Assembly (NCBI RefSeq): GCF_006345805.1
Contig: NC_043008.1
Location: forward strand, 29,636,001-29,700,000
DNA length: 64,000 nt
Source: Octopus sinensis
Taxonomy: Eukaryota
Reading direction: 5' to 3'
A program made the translations under genes and the position numbers. This document shows positions 37,791 through 52,322 of this stretch, piece by piece. The number at the start of each line of letters is the position of its first letter. Position 1 is the first letter of the stretch. The notes beneath the pieces were generated by a model. That model was not told the origin of the DNA. It did no database searches and saw nothing but the letters and a program-made list of their open reading frames with translations.

Positions 37791-40699
37791 TTATATATAC
37801 ACGTATATATATGCATATACGCATATAGAGAGATATATTGATAAATAGAAATATCGATAGATAGATATAGCGATAGATAGATATATACACATATACATAC
37901 ACAAATACATACATCAATACATACATACATGCATACATACAAACCTACATCATACAGACATACATACATATGGATATGTATATATATCTATCTGTATGAA
38001 ACGTCTGCAAGACATGTACTTCAACATAAATAAAAGTATAATGCAAGCACTTCAGAAAAATATTCCCGTAAAGTTCATCAGAAAAATTTGCCGACTGTAA
38101 AATATTGTCATTGTAACGTCAGGAAAATTGTTTAAATTGCTTAAATCTGTTTTTCAGCAACGTACATGTACTCGTTCTATCCTTATTATCACATTCTTGG
38201 GAACGTATTTCCAATGCGGATAGTATAATATGTTTTTAGCGATCTAGCTAACTATATAGTACTACAATCGCGCGCACACACACACGCGTGTGTGTGAAGC
38301 AAGTTAAAATTAATAATTAAGTATTTTGTCTCGATTGATTATTCTTCACTATGTGCTCTCTCTCTCTCTCTCTCTCTCTGTATATATATATACATACATA
38401 TATATATATATATATATATGATTTGATTTTGATTTTGACTTTTCTAGTTTCAGCTAATGAGCTGTGGCCATGCTGGGGCACCGCCATTTATAATATATAT
38501 ATTATAAATGAATATATAAATGCATATATGCATTTATACATTTCTACGTATTTTAGTGCCTATGTATGCGAACGTTTATGAAGACGTTTACATATATGTG
38601 TGTATATGTTTGTATGTGTGCGTTCCAGCGTGTATGTGCATGCGAGCATGTATGTGTTTTCGTGTACGTGTGTGAGTGCATGTGAGTGTTCCTGTGTATG
38701 TGTGAACAATGATTTTTGTATAAGCAAATGTAAACTCAATTCCGCAGCTTATAACATAAGCTTAGGCACAGAGATTTACAAAGTCAGCTCTCTAAAATTT
38801 ATAAACCATATCTTGCACATAACGAGTAAGAATCTGATCAAGTGAAATTCGACTAGAAACTACAGTACAACTACAAAAAAGCTCTGAAAAGCACAAATCA
38901 CATTTGATATCTTTCTTACATATAAGGCAATGTTAAGCTACTGAAATAAATTTTACGTTAAATCAAATTATAATTTATTTGAAAACAAAATATCGAATTC
39001 CATCGTGAGAATCGACTTCAAAATATTCTCTCCACAGATAACATCAATCAACTTGAAGGAAAGCTCAATGGAAGTACAAATTGAAAAACGTCGTAAATCT
39101 CTGAGCTAGAAGCAGAAAACGTATGACGAACAGCACAAAACCTATGCTTTAGCCAAAGAAGACTACAGATTTGAAGAAATGTTGCTATCAAGAATAGACT
39201 ATGCAAACCCTGTTCTTATAACGATGACTATATCATCTGTTGCTGCGTGATTCTTATGAAGTTTGATATATGCGAAGAAAATCGTGTAGGCAGCTGTGAT
39301 CACCTCCCAAGCGAGTAAATCTTCGACTTCAAAATTTAAAAATGTGGTGTTAATATGCACCCCATTCGGATCATGAGATTGATGGGTCCACAATCATCTA
39401 TAGCCTAACTATATCAAGTGATGGGATCACATTAATACTTCATACTGATAGATCACGTTCGTATCTAATCAAACTTTCCTGAAAATAATGATGAATCTCT
39501 AAAAAATATAAGTATTTTGAAATTGAAGTAAATGGATTGGGGAATATTAAACTGGAAAACCTATAATAATAAAAGAAATTATATCTTATATTAACAAAAC
39601 ATGCAAGCCTGGCACAGTCCGCAAGAATGCACGCATTTTTGCAAAGTGCATAACCTACGCGAAATAATTTCAATTGCAAATGAATCCAACACTTTAGTTT
39701 CTATGAATGTCATATGAATTTCATCACCCAATAATATTGTTGCATTCAACTCGATCTACAGTGAATACAATGACAGAACACAGACACGATAATATCAATG
39801 AGACAAAACAAGTTCTTTATTCCACTGTTGATACAAAAACTATAAACTTAATTACTATATATAATAATGGGCTGACACTGAAAAGCGTAAAATGTTCCTC
39901 ATAAAATACATGCAAGTTACTTTCCCTTTCAATAAATTAATACATTTCTCAGTATCCATCTTTAACTCAATAGAACGGAAACAACACCGGAAACAACAAA
40001 TCAGACTAAATTATATGTAAATGTATTAAATGATTACACCGGATAAGTAAAGAAGGATGACAATATGGAGAGGGAACAGCCTACACTTTAGAGATTATAA
40101 AAAAATTTTAACGCTGCACGCGAAAGAATTACTCTGACAACCTGACCGGTTAGGACATCCATGCATCCATACAGGAGTAATAATGAGGCCATGCAAGTTT
40201 TCTACCATAACATATCAAACCATATAATTTAAGCTTTAATTTCCTTTATATTTAACATTCACTATTAATATCCCTACTGTTTCTGTTAGCTACGTATGAC
40301 ATTATATCATATAACGATTTTTTAAAACAATATTAATAGCGTTCTGTCTATCGTTATACAAATCCATCATTTTTTGCTAAAATGTCTTATTGACGAGTTT
40401 CGTTTTTTTTACTTTCCTGAGGAGAAGATTGCATTGTTTATACCATTTATTCTTTTGAATAGTATCAGTGGAGTTTTTGAAACCTGTGTCGAAAGTAAAA
40501 ATATTTGATTACACCTGCGTTAACTCCATTTTTTCTTCATATTATTCAAAATACTCAACGTAAACACGAAGTTTCTACCTTTATAAACAAGGAGTTACAA
40601 CACCTTTACTTGTGAGATTTTTGCTACCCTGGTAACAATTTATTTATTTTTTCCGTGTTAATTGTTAACAAGGTAAAAAGTTCACTCATCTATATATAT

Positions 40700-40762
<63 letters not shown>

Positions 40763-40768
40763 CGAGCG

Positions 40769-40824
<56 letters not shown>

Positions 40825-40827
40825 TAC

Positions 40828-40926
<99 letters not shown>

Positions 40927-41084
40927 TGTATATAGATAAATAGATACGTCTAGATAACGGCCTACTGAAAACACTACTTATTCTACCTGTGTATATATAA
41001 ACTGTGGGTATTGAAGTATGACTACCTTCATAGGTAGGTACGTATATATATGTATGTATATATGCATATGTTTTGCTTTATTTA

Positions 41085-41138
<54 letters not shown>

Positions 41139-41187
41139 GCATCCACACACACATATACATACATCTATGGTGTATAAATTGTTACGA

Positions 41188-41358
41188 GGGTGAGCTCCGT
41201 CTACCAAATCCACTCACATGTGTTTGGTCGGCCCGAGGCTATAGTAGAAGACACTTGCCCATGGTGCCACGCAGTGGGACTAAACTCGGAACCATGTGGT
41301 TGGTAAGCAGGCTACTTACCATATAGCCACTCCTACGCCTACTTACCACGCAGCAACT
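41188..41358 (-). mobile_element. 5' half of OR-like tRNA-derived SINE with tandemly duplicated 5' end
   Basis: cttaccatatagccactcctacgcctacttaccacgcagcaactcctacgcc repeats the head twice; B-box gttccgagttt on the minus strand. Confidence 0.85.
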
Positions 41359-41973
41359 CCTACGCCTATATATATATATATATATATATGTATATTGAGA
41401 GAGAGAGAGAGAGAGAGCGATTGAGAGAGAGACAGAGAGCCAGATAAATAGATCAATACACACATACATGCATACATACATAGACAAGGGTGCATTCATA
41501 TATGTATACGTAGGCATGTCTATAATTGCAAATATATGTGTGTATACATATCCTAATATATATATACGTATGCGTATTAAGCTATATATAATATAGTCTC
41601 TTTCAGGTGTATGCGTCATTTTGCTAAATTTTGACAGGTAGCATTTAAAATCCGTATTCGGCTTACCACATCAATTCTATCATTGCGTGATACATTCTTT
41701 GTCCACAGACATACGTACATAAAGATTAGTGTAGGCAAAACAAAATATAAGAATCTGACAAGTGAAATATTGCTTTCCTTTGAAAACGTCATTTTCAGAT
41801 ATATGCAGTTGATAACATTTCATCCACTCTAGCTATTATCTATGCATATATGAGAGTATATACACGCTTGTATACACATACGAGCGCACACCTATATATG
41901 TGTGTAATGTGTGTGCGCGTGCACGTCTGTGTACCGATGCATGTATATGCGATTTATACACACACACACGCAA

Positions 41974-42037
<64 letters not shown>

Positions 42038-42934
42038 TGTGTCCTCTGAATAGAAAAAATCCGAATTTTACTGCACCTTCTGAAGACAGAACGTCGAACC
42101 GTTCCAATGTTTACCTATCTTTTTCTCTTTGAGCTGTTTAATTTTGTTCTATTGTATCTAACGACGTTGTTACCAGATTTCACGAGATGTTATGCCTCAA
42201 ACTAACTTCCACTACTTTCTCTTATGTCATTTGTCGTCAGATCAACTACAACATGAATCTGAATAATAATATATGCTTTTTTACTTATGATCGGAAGGAC
42301 AAAGGAAGACTAATAGTTCATGATTTTTACTCCAAGGAAAATCTATTTCAATACATAAATGCATACCTACATACGTACATACACACACATATATATATAT
42401 ATAATTCAATGGTAGTTTAACTCAGCACCAAACTCCTACAAGCATAGCTGGCCGGAAGGACAAACATATCTTGTCAAGTATGAAGAGTAGACTAGAGAGA
42501 TATGAAAATGATAGAAATTGAAGATGGCTGGGAATTGTTAGGCCTCTATTTCTGAAGATTTTTTAGGGGATGTTATTGTTCTAAATCCCACACAGTTTCT
42601 TATTTTGCTCTTAGGTCCAGCGGTCCGAAGGTTATTATTAGGTAGCTCACCCCTCTATGAATGGAATCTGTGGTATCATGTATTTTGCGAAAAGAGTTTA
42701 TCGCATTTAATACATGTTGTAGCATGATATATTAATCCTATTTAGTTGCTGGGCAGATGATCCCTGAAGAATGAACAAATTATCGCATTAGCGCCTACAG
42801 CACGTCCGATTTAGTTAATATATTTGGCGTGGTTGGAGTAATATATTATATATAGATAGATGCATAGTTAGATAGATAGACAGATAGATAGGTCGATAGA
42901 TAGATAGACAAACAGGCAGCCAGACGGATAGATT

Positions 42935-42967
<33 letters not shown>

Positions 42968-42968
42968 G

Positions 42969-43032
<64 letters not shown>

Positions 43033-45872
43033 GATAGATAGATAGAAAGGTATGTAGATACGTGCATATAGACACGCGGTGTACACGCTTTCATATAAAT
43101 GAATCATATGCTTATTTGACGTTAGAAGTTATCGGACACTCAGAAGTTCGCACAATAATAATATTCATATCTAAATATCCAAATCAGCTGTTTTTACTAA
43201 TGGCCGGTGACAGTACATCAGAGATTTGTTTCAAATGTTTTGGAAACATATATGATAATAGCTGATTTTCCCCGCAGCTACACAAAATACTTTATTTAAA
43301 ATAATAATCTACCATTCAATCCTCAACAGGTTTTCAATACTAAAAAATAATCGCATTTCTAACCATTTTATACTGATTTAACACTGCTTGCATATACATA
43401 ATACATTCGGTACACATCCTTATAAACACACACACATATACATGTTCCTACTTATATATGTATATACATGAATATGTATATATTTAGCTATATATATGTA
43501 TATATATATATATATGCGAATGTCGGTCCATCAACAATCCTAAATAAGAAAGGTTATGCAATCAATAATGAACCGAAGTTGCACAAGCATAAAATATATT
43601 ATTCTCTTGTACACGCAGAAACATTTGATAACGATTATTATAAAGTTCAGTGTGGATCATTCTTCAAGATAAATTGTATTATGTGTGTTGATAGAACCAA
43701 ATGATAGAAAATGTAACATAGTTAATAGAAATTCCAAACAGAAAGCTCAATGAATTCAATTTTTTCCTCCGACTTTAAAATATCTTCACTATATATTTTT
43801 TAACTCGATTTTCCTGATATTTTCTCTGACTATCACTTTCACAACTTTTTCCTTCCAATACTACTGCTTTCTTGACTCCAATTTCCATTTTTGAGGCCTG
43901 GAAGAACTTGTCATTTTCTAATTTATGTTAGTGTTGTTAATGCTTCTTATACAGGAAATGATAGGAATTGGGAAATATAAACGACGAATTGTTGTATAAA
44001 TATTTACCGAAATTCGAAACTAAACAACTACAAAATTTCGTGCGAATTTTCATATATTCTATAGGTTATAATGTTGACTATAATGTGCAATTTGTTGATG
44101 TATCTATTTTTCTTTCAGTGAAAGATAAAAAGCTGGCAGCTTGAGTGCCAATGCGTGTGCCAAACTCTCTATTCGTGTACATTTATATGTGTCTACATAC
44201 ATATACATATCAAATTTTATTTGTGTATCTATATGTACTTAAATTAACTGGAAATTAGATCTACATTTTACTAGTTACGAATACATATATGCGTGTCATA
44301 TATGATAATATCACCTCTCCCCGACACTTTAGCCAAAATGAGTACGCAACGTGAAGTCAAATGACTGTTTTAAATGCTAGCTTTAGAACCAATGAAAACT
44401 AATCCTCCAGATTGAACTTCCAAAGTATAAAAAATTATACAACATAATGATTTTCTATTTACACCCAGCAAATAATTCATTCATTAATATCTCTTAACCA
44501 TCAACCTTGCTCTGATTTACCCATCCACAATTTGCTGCTGCTTAAACATATTTAGCCTTGCTCCTCATATAATAAAAAAAAAGTTCATCAGTTTGAAAGG
44601 AAGACACTACCGCACACCAATCCTTGCATCACAAAATAACTCTTTACCTAGCTGGATTTGCACAGCACTTTAGGGACCAAAGCCCAGTGTAATTGGTTAT
44701 ACTCCTACATCTAATTTTTGGACACTGCAAAAAATCTGAGTGCTCTTCTTGTCACTTATATTTTATGTACGACATTTATATATTGCGTTAAACGTTCTGC
44801 GCACGACTTTCTTCTTTGAACTACGTGTCAACTGAAATTCCGTGCACGCATATATATATATTTTATTGTACCATCGACCTACAAAATTTTCAAGTGAATA
44901 TTAACTGTCTCATTCTAGGAAATTTATTCCCACGTGTGTAAGCGATGAGAATGACCCTGATCCCTGACAGAATTAACAGGAACACAAATTAACCAATATG
45001 TTACTTTGACAGAAATATGTAGTATGTGGGTTGGACAGGGTGATATAAGGCTATTCAAAAGAAACATTTGAAATGAATGAGATTTATTTACGCCTATCTG
45101 CCAATAAATATGTGCATATAAAGCAACTTCTCCGACGAGTGATGGTGAATTGTAGATTTTACGGATAATATGATTAAAACAACATTCACTTAATCAATTG
45201 TACAATTCTGACGGCATTGAAAATAAATATCGAAAGCTCTATATGCAGGCAACCTATTGCCAGAAAGCATGCTCTGCAACAAAGACTTCGAAGCTCTAAA
45301 TTTCTTACCGCATGACATACTGGTATAGTTAACAATTAAATAGAACGTGAGGCCTTCTTTATATCTAAAGAACTCTTTGGTTTATATCAGAAATCCTATT
45401 TTTGTTCTATTTTCGATTTAAAATTTCAAATTTTGAATGTTAAGAAATGGCAGCCAATATTTTATCTCTATGATTAAACATTTGATAGCGTTTTATTCCA
45501 GGTTCATACTAAATTTTACTTATGTTTGCGATGCACCATTTGAGTTAGATTCAAACATGGCTATCTTTTCTTATCTAAGATAATGACATACGCTGGATAA
45601 ATCATGATGTGGTGAAATATCATTTCGCTTCTTCTCAATAAAGATAAATGCAGGTATATTTTTGAGTGCTATTTTCTTTAACTTTGTAACGAAAAACAAT
45701 TTCTTTTACAAAAGCTGGGCCATAATTAGTATGAAAGCTTGAAGCGAGCATCATAAAGGGAAAGCATTTGTTATTCTTCCTACTTTATTCTGTAACATCT
45801 TCATATGACAAATGTATTAAAATTAGAACAGTTTTATAATATATAAGAGCATGTTTTGTGTGGTTGTTTATA

Positions 45873-46290
45873 GGCGTAGGAGTGGCTGTGTGGTAAGTAG
45901 CTTGCTTATGAACCACATGGTTCCGGGTTCAGTCTCACTGCATGGCAGCTTCGGCAAGTGTCATTTACTATAGCCTCGGGCTGACCAAGGCCTTGTGAGT
46001 GGATTTGGTAGACGGAAACTGAAAGAAGCCCGTCGTATATACGTATATTTATATGTTTGTGTGTGTGTGTGTGTGTTTATGTGTCTGCGTTTGCCCCCCC
46101 CCCTCGACATCGCTTGACAACCGAAGCTGGTGTGTTTACGTCCCCGTAACTTAGCGGTTCGGCAAAATATACCGATAGAATATGTACTAGGCTTACAAAG
46201 AATAAGTCTTTTGGTCGATTTGCTTCACTAAAGGCGGTGCTCCAGCATGGCCACAGCCAAAATGACTGAAACAAATAAAAGACTAAAAGA
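45873..46290 (+). mobile_element. Full-length OR-like tRNA-derived SINE with internal microsatellite
   Basis: ggcgtaggagtggctgtgtggtaag (A-box), ggttccgggttcagtc (B-box region), central TA/TG tract, conserved tail ending gactgaaacaaataaaaga. Confidence 0.9.
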
Positions 46291-47863
46291 GTATATGTTA
46301 TAATGTACCAGGAAATAAGGAAGGCTGAATATTGAAACATCACCAGTTCGGTTATAATATTAGAGGTATACCCGTAAATATGAATATTACAGATCCATAA
46401 ACAATTTGAGAAATATAAACTGGTGTTTAGACATATCGGTGAATAACATTTACAGTACGAGTTAACATAATATTACAAATTTAGTTGATGCAATGTATAA
46501 TAGGAAATTGCTCTGCAAATTGCATGCACCTCAAATTTGTCAGAAATGCATTAGATGTGTATTCAGAAATTCTAATGAAATGCCTATTCAATGAAAGGCA
46601 GGTAACATGAGATGTAGAGTAAAGGTTACATAGCGCTTCCTAATATCATAAAATTTATTTTTTTACGTAATGTAGTGAGAAATGGGGACTTGAAACGTGA
46701 AATTAAGCCTTATTGGTGAGTAATGCTATTAATGACTAAAGTATGGTACTTCTGTATTGACAAAGAAGCCGAGAATCGATATAAAACTGAAATCCTTTAC
46801 AAACCTATGCTAACTTTTCAGAAATGAAAGGCAATTTTCAAACAGCTCAGAACGTAACATTCCCTTCTGTTCTGAAGGGTAATACTGTTGGCAAATGTAT
46901 TAAATGCTTCGATATTACAGATGTAAGGGGCTTTTCTAGACATATTTTCACTTTCAAGACTGCAACTGTGAATTTTAAATAACCTAAGATAAGCTAGGCT
47001 CGCGAAAAGATTGACATCTGTTTAATATACCTGTTCATTATATACATTCCATCAATTTACTTTAGAGTATATGTAATATCAGCAGGAAAAATGAATAGGA
47101 GCTAATTTTTTAACAAATCATTCGTTAACCTCCAGGCTAATATTCGAAATCGGTAGGTTGCAAACCATGGAGATATATATTCATGAGAAAAACTTTTGAC
47201 ATTTATTCGCTGATATCTTATTCAAGTTTAACGAAATTGATTATTCTAAATCGAAATTAAAGCAACAGATTCAGACACCTGCTACCTTCTCTCCTGTATC
47301 CGAGTTTCAGTGGTGTAGTGATAACTAATTTTATGGGGTAATTTGATAGTCCAGTAATTACAATAAATTCATCGAGTGGAATCAATTTCTATGCTTTTCA
47401 ATTCTTCCACGTCTTGCGTGGCGAACTCATATTAGCATACCGTTCAGAGAACATAATACCAAAACGTTTTTAGTTGTTAAAATGACATTCCTTCTGGCAT
47501 TACTTAGGTTAAAATGCGTAACTAAATGTGTCTCATTATGGTTTTTGTAAAATTTAAGAGAATTAGTTGGCAACGTTTTATTATAGAATGAACAATGTGC
47601 ATGTGTGTGCGTATACATGAACATATATACACAAATCAATATCCACATATTACATAGATATATATGCCTATTGGTCTCACTTTCTCTTTCTCTATGTCTC
47701 CACAGAAACACACATACACACATACACACATATATATATTAATTTATATACAAACACACATAAATATATGTATATACACATATATTTATGTGCGTCTAAG
47801 TATGCATTTTCCATGCGAGTAGTTATGCTTATATATGTATACACACATGAAAATCACACACAG

Positions 47864-47898
<35 letters not shown>

Positions 47899-47899
47899 C

Positions 47900-48995
47900 A
47901 TAATAAAAACAGCTTTTTCCAACGTTGAACAGTGACGGAAATTTATACTCGTTAACTAACTAAACTTCACTAACGGTGTTAATATCAAATACTTTGCTAG
48001 AAATAGGACATAAAATATCCTAATGCTGTTACAAAGCACATAACATATATTCCGATAGGGGCTTCCTAGGCTCCGACACCGAACCGAGGATTCCTTACAC
48101 TCGCCGGCCTGTTCCGGCAATTTCCGTTGCCATCTTCAGTAAGGCCAGTTCGTTCGGTTGCTTCCGGGCTAGCTTGCCTAACGGAATATATATATTCACC
48201 ATAAATATCTATGGATGATTTAGCAGATTTAGCAGAGGATATGTACGTTGGAGCATTTTAGCTCTTATTTCTAGTAACGCAGGTGTTATTCACATCTTTA
48301 TTCAAGTTTAGTTGTCGACTAAAACTTTTTTTATGGTCTAACGTTGCAAACAGCTGTTAATTTTTCGTATACCCATTAACGAAAGGCTAAATCATCCACT
48401 GGTTTTTACAGTGAATATATATATATTCTGATAGGCAAGCTAGCCCAGAATCAACCGAACGAGCTGGTCTTACTGAAGATAACAATCGAAATTGCCGTAC
48501 AGGCTAGTCATTCTAAAAAATTCTCGGTTCGATGTTCGGGGTGATTGCAACCTGTATTAGTGTATATGTTATGTGCTTTGTAAGTGCATTGGAGCATTTT
48601 ACCTCCTGTTTCTAATTATCTAATGGTTATTCACATCCTTATTCAAGTTTAGTTGACGTCTATAATTTTCCATTACGTTATAACGTTGCAAAAGGCTGCT
48701 TTTATTAATTTGTTGTATACATACCAGCGATCTGCTAAATTATCCATATATTTTTTACGGTGAATATATATACTCTGATAAGCGAGCTAGCCCGGAATCA
48801 ACCGAATGAACTGGCGTTACTGAGACACAACGGAAATTGCCGAACTGGCCGGTCAGTGTAAGGAATTCTCGGTTGGGTGTTCTGGGCGATTGCAGCCCCT
48901 ACCAGAGTATATGTTATGTATTTTGTAAATCCATTGGATCATTTTAGCTCCTATTTCTAGCGATATATGTGTTATACACACCCTTAATCAAGTTG
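47900..48995. mobile_element. Retrozyme/pLTR-like array: one inverted + ~2.1 direct copies of a ~347-bp unit, each full unit with a hammerhead-like motif, flanked by TA-rich tracts
   Basis: Landmark gctagccc ends at 48446 and 48793 (period 347). 47900-48240 is the reverse complement of the same unit. HHR-like cores at 48093-48144 (-), 48468-48518 (+) and 48815-48863 (+). Confidence 0.7.
48093..48144 (-). ncRNA. Type I hammerhead-like motif (best-preserved core of the array)
   Basis: CCTTA-CTGAAGA-TG gcaa CG-GAAA-TTGCCGG aacagg CCGGCGA-GTG-TAAGG. Stems I and III pair, but position 17 is G here (C in the 48468 copy). Confidence 0.55.
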
Positions 48996-49044
48996 AGTAT
49001 TATATATATATTCTTTTATTATATTATATATATATTCTTTTATA

Positions 49045-49215
49045 ATTTATTTTTGTTTCGGCCGTTTGACTGCAGCCATGCCAGAGCACCGCCTTTAGAC
49101 GAACAGCGCTCGACCACCGGATTTATATTTTGTAAGCCTAGTACTTATACTATCCTTTAGTTTGCTAAACCACCATCGGATGTCAAGCGACGGTGGGAAG
49201 ACAAACGCAGACACC
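49045..49215 (-). mobile_element. 3' half of OR-like SINE
   Basis: tttcggccgtttgactgcagccatgccagagcaccgcctttag...gatgtcaagcgacggtggg..acaaac. Confidence 0.8.
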
Positions 49216-49245
49216 CAAACATAGACCCCCCCACACACACATATA

Positions 49246-49293
<48 letters not shown>

Positions 49294-49294
49294 C

Positions 49295-49422
49295 GACAGG
49301 CTTCTTTCAGTTTCTGTCTAGCAAACCCACTCAGAAGTCTTTGGTCGGCCCACAGTGGGACTGAACCCGGGGAACCATATAGTTGGTAAGTAAGCTACTT
49401 ACCACATACCCATTCCTGCGCC
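49295..49422 (-). mobile_element. 5' half of OR-like SINE with internal deletion
   Basis: acgacaggcttctttcagtttc...cagtgggactgaacccgg..aaccat...cttaccacatacccattcctgcgcc. Confidence 0.8.
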
Positions 49423-50757
49423 ATATATATATATATATACACACGCAAGTATAGATGCAAAACGACTGATATTGTTAGTCAGATGGTATACAACGTTGAA
49501 CATCATTACCTGTATGACCGTGAGTGGATGGCGAGTGAAGGAAGGTGAGAGAGAGTGGAAAAGGAATTATGATAGAGGGAGGGATAAGTAAGAACCTAAT
49601 CTGCTGAGCAATTTGCAACACTCAACACCACGGTGCTACAATCGATGTTGTTTTTGTGTTATTAAAAAGCACCTAGGCGTTCCTTGTCTCCTCAGAAAAC
49701 GACTGACGTAACTTATGTATATATGAATTCTCTCATGTATATTACGCGTGGACTTTTTAATCTGCTATGATTAAGAGCAACAGTTATACTCCGTTGATTT
49801 TGAACCATGTTAACTTAGCCAATTTATCTTAAAGTTACCTGGGGCATAGTTTTTCTTAGAGAAATGAAGATGCAAGTATATTTGCATAGTCACTTGTAAT
49901 TTGCATATTACGAAACAAAATTATGCTAAATTATTACAATTTCGTAGATTAAGAATACCTATATACGGTTAGTGTTACACGTATGCACGCAAGTGAAATA
50001 TCCAATTAAAGAGGAATATTCGACTCAGCGGGACTGAATAAAATAAACGCATCAATAATCCTTATCAAGTGACGGGGTTATTGGGAAGTAATACATGAAA
50101 TTCTGTTTATATATGTAAATTAATATATCTATGGCAAATAGCGTTTCTGCTCCTGATGTTACGCTGACAAGTTTAATAACGCAGAAGTATGTTTGTCACA
50201 TTCACGATAACCAACCAGGCAAATGCACCAGAATGGAAATTTTATAAAATTAATTAAAAAATATCTGAGATTATCTACTCAACTCGTTTAGTGATGCAAA
50301 AAGTTTCCTCTTGGAATTTGGTTAGTTGATTCATGAATAAATGAAGTTTCGATGAAATACGGAATATATTTTAGAAAATCATTTTTCATAATTCATTTAC
50401 GCATGAAGAATTAGCTTATTTAGTGCACTTGAAGTGAACGAAAACGAGAGATATCTATTTGTGCATCGTGAAATAAATTTTACTCTAGCAAGCGATTCGA
50501 TTTCGTTTCGTAAGTTAATGCGCATAAAGTCTGAAAACAAAAATTCCGATATCTGTCGTTTTCTTTAACTTTTGAGGCGGTTTCATTTCCTTGAGCTTCC
50601 AAACATGCTGTGAATTTTAAGACAATAACCCAGAGGTGCAAGGCTGCAAGCTTTCAACAACTCACTTACATGAAGAATCTGATATTCATAATGTTTTCAT
50701 TATTCAGCTACTTCTGACACGAATTTTGAATATACGCTTTATGTATGTGTGTGTGTG

Positions 50758-50846
<89 letters not shown>

Positions 50847-50867
50847 ATATATATATATATATATATA

Positions 50868-51230
50868 TTGTGGAACATGCCCCCACGTTTTGAAGGTGAA
50901 ATATTTAAGATCAAATCAAATTTCACCTGTGCCTCGGAAAATCTAATTTATGCCATGACATGCTTAGGATGTGGTAACCACTATATGGACAACCAGGATT
51001 ATCCCTCCGTCGAAGAACCACAATCCACAAAGAACAAATCCAAATTTATTTAAATGCAGACAGTTACAAGTTAGTGAACACATAGAAAAGTGTGCTAGGA
51101 ATCTTAATCCTAATTTCCAAATTGTCCCCTTCTATCAATGTTCACAGAACACCTCAATGCAGCCATGATTGAATAAAGAGACACTTTTCATCAATAAATA
51201 TCTTCCCCAACTAAATATGAACACATAACA
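50868..51230 (+). mobile_element. Frameshifted PLE GIY-YIG fragment related to the 19609 element
   Basis: CGTCPH, FKIKSNFTCASENLIYAMTCLGC, SEHIEKCARNLNPNFQIVPFYQC, NKETLFINKYLPQLN. Starts right after (TATC)n(TA)n. Confidence 0.85.
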
Positions 51231-51429
51231 TAATACAGAAAACTACTAACCTTTCAATTAATACCACTAACCCCCATGCATCCCTTACACCATTCACATT
51301 ACAATTCTGTATCTAACCTAACTGCACAAAATCCAAAACTACTTACCTCCCTTACAAATAATCGTTTAACTCAGGAACTATTAGACCTGACACCGTTCAT
51401 TAGCCGGTGTTCATTCAAAGCAATGAATA

Positions 51430-51722
51430 GTTTGGTAAGTAGCAATGGTAAGAAGCTTGTTTACCAACCACATGGTTCCGGGTTCAGTCCCACTGCGTGG
51501 CACCTTGGGCAAGTGTCTTCTACTATAGCCTCGGGAAGGCCAAGGCTTGGGAGTGGATTTGGTTTACGGAAACTGAAAGAAGCCCGTCGTATATATGTAT
51601 ATATATATATGTATGTGTTTGTATGTTTGTGTCTCTGTGTTTGTCCCCGTAGCATTGCTTGACAACCGATGCTGGTGTGTTTATGTCCCCGGTTCGGCAA
51701 AAGAGAACGATAGAATAAGTGC
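51430..51722 (+). mobile_element. OR-like SINE, 3'-truncated
   Basis: ggtaagaagcttgtttaccaaccacatggttccgggttcagtcccactgcgtggcaccttgggcaagtgtcttctactatagcctcggg. Confidence 0.85.
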
Positions 51723-51864
51723 TATCACCGCTTGTTCTCCAGAATTCTTCGCTGCCGACATAAATAAGCTACCTATTAAATGACAAAATTGTGTTGATAA
51801 TTTAGGTGAATACTTTGATTAACTGCATTGGTTTATTGTTGCGATAAAATAAAATAAACTTTCA

Positions 51865-52051
51865 TTATTTAAATTATTTACATTTGACGGATATTTGTCC
51901 TAATCGTGTTTGTTGTTGATACAACGTACCCTGTAGCGTTCATTACCTATTGGTTAAGAGCGCGTGGTACTAACACCAAGATTCAAAGTTCGATTCCAGG
52001 CAGAGACCTGAATATCAATAATATCAAATAATAATAATAATGATAATAATG

Positions 52052-52117
<66 letters not shown>

Positions 52118-52322
52118 GTAATAATAACAACAACAACAACAACATCGAAAATACCTTAGGAATGAGAACCCAGGTTCGAAATTTCCCCAATACACCTGAT
52201 GAAGGTTGGAGTGTTTATCAGCCGGAACGTTGTGTTAACAACAAACAAGATTAGGAGAACTATCAGTCAAATGTAAATAATGTAAATAATGTACATAATT
52301 CCTCATCTTTTAAATATAGAAC
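51865..52322 (+). mobile_element. Composite non-autonomous element: tRNA-like head + (AAT)n + hammerhead motif, with 5' inversion and 12-bp TSD
   Basis: aataaactttca at 51853-51864 and 52323-52334. A-box-like tggttaagag (51951), B-box gttcgattcc (51988). HHR-like 52192-52235. 51866-51927 is an inverted copy of 52227-52290. Confidence 0.7.

Noticed and set aside
47900-48995. CRISPR-like or satellite array interpretation
   Set aside because: Units are ~347 bp with no repeat-spacer alternation, one is inverted, and the context is eukaryotic.
51940-52005. Possible tRNA gene
   Set aside because: A/B boxes are present but there is no intact acceptor stem or cloverleaf; treated as a tRNA-derived head of a mobile element.
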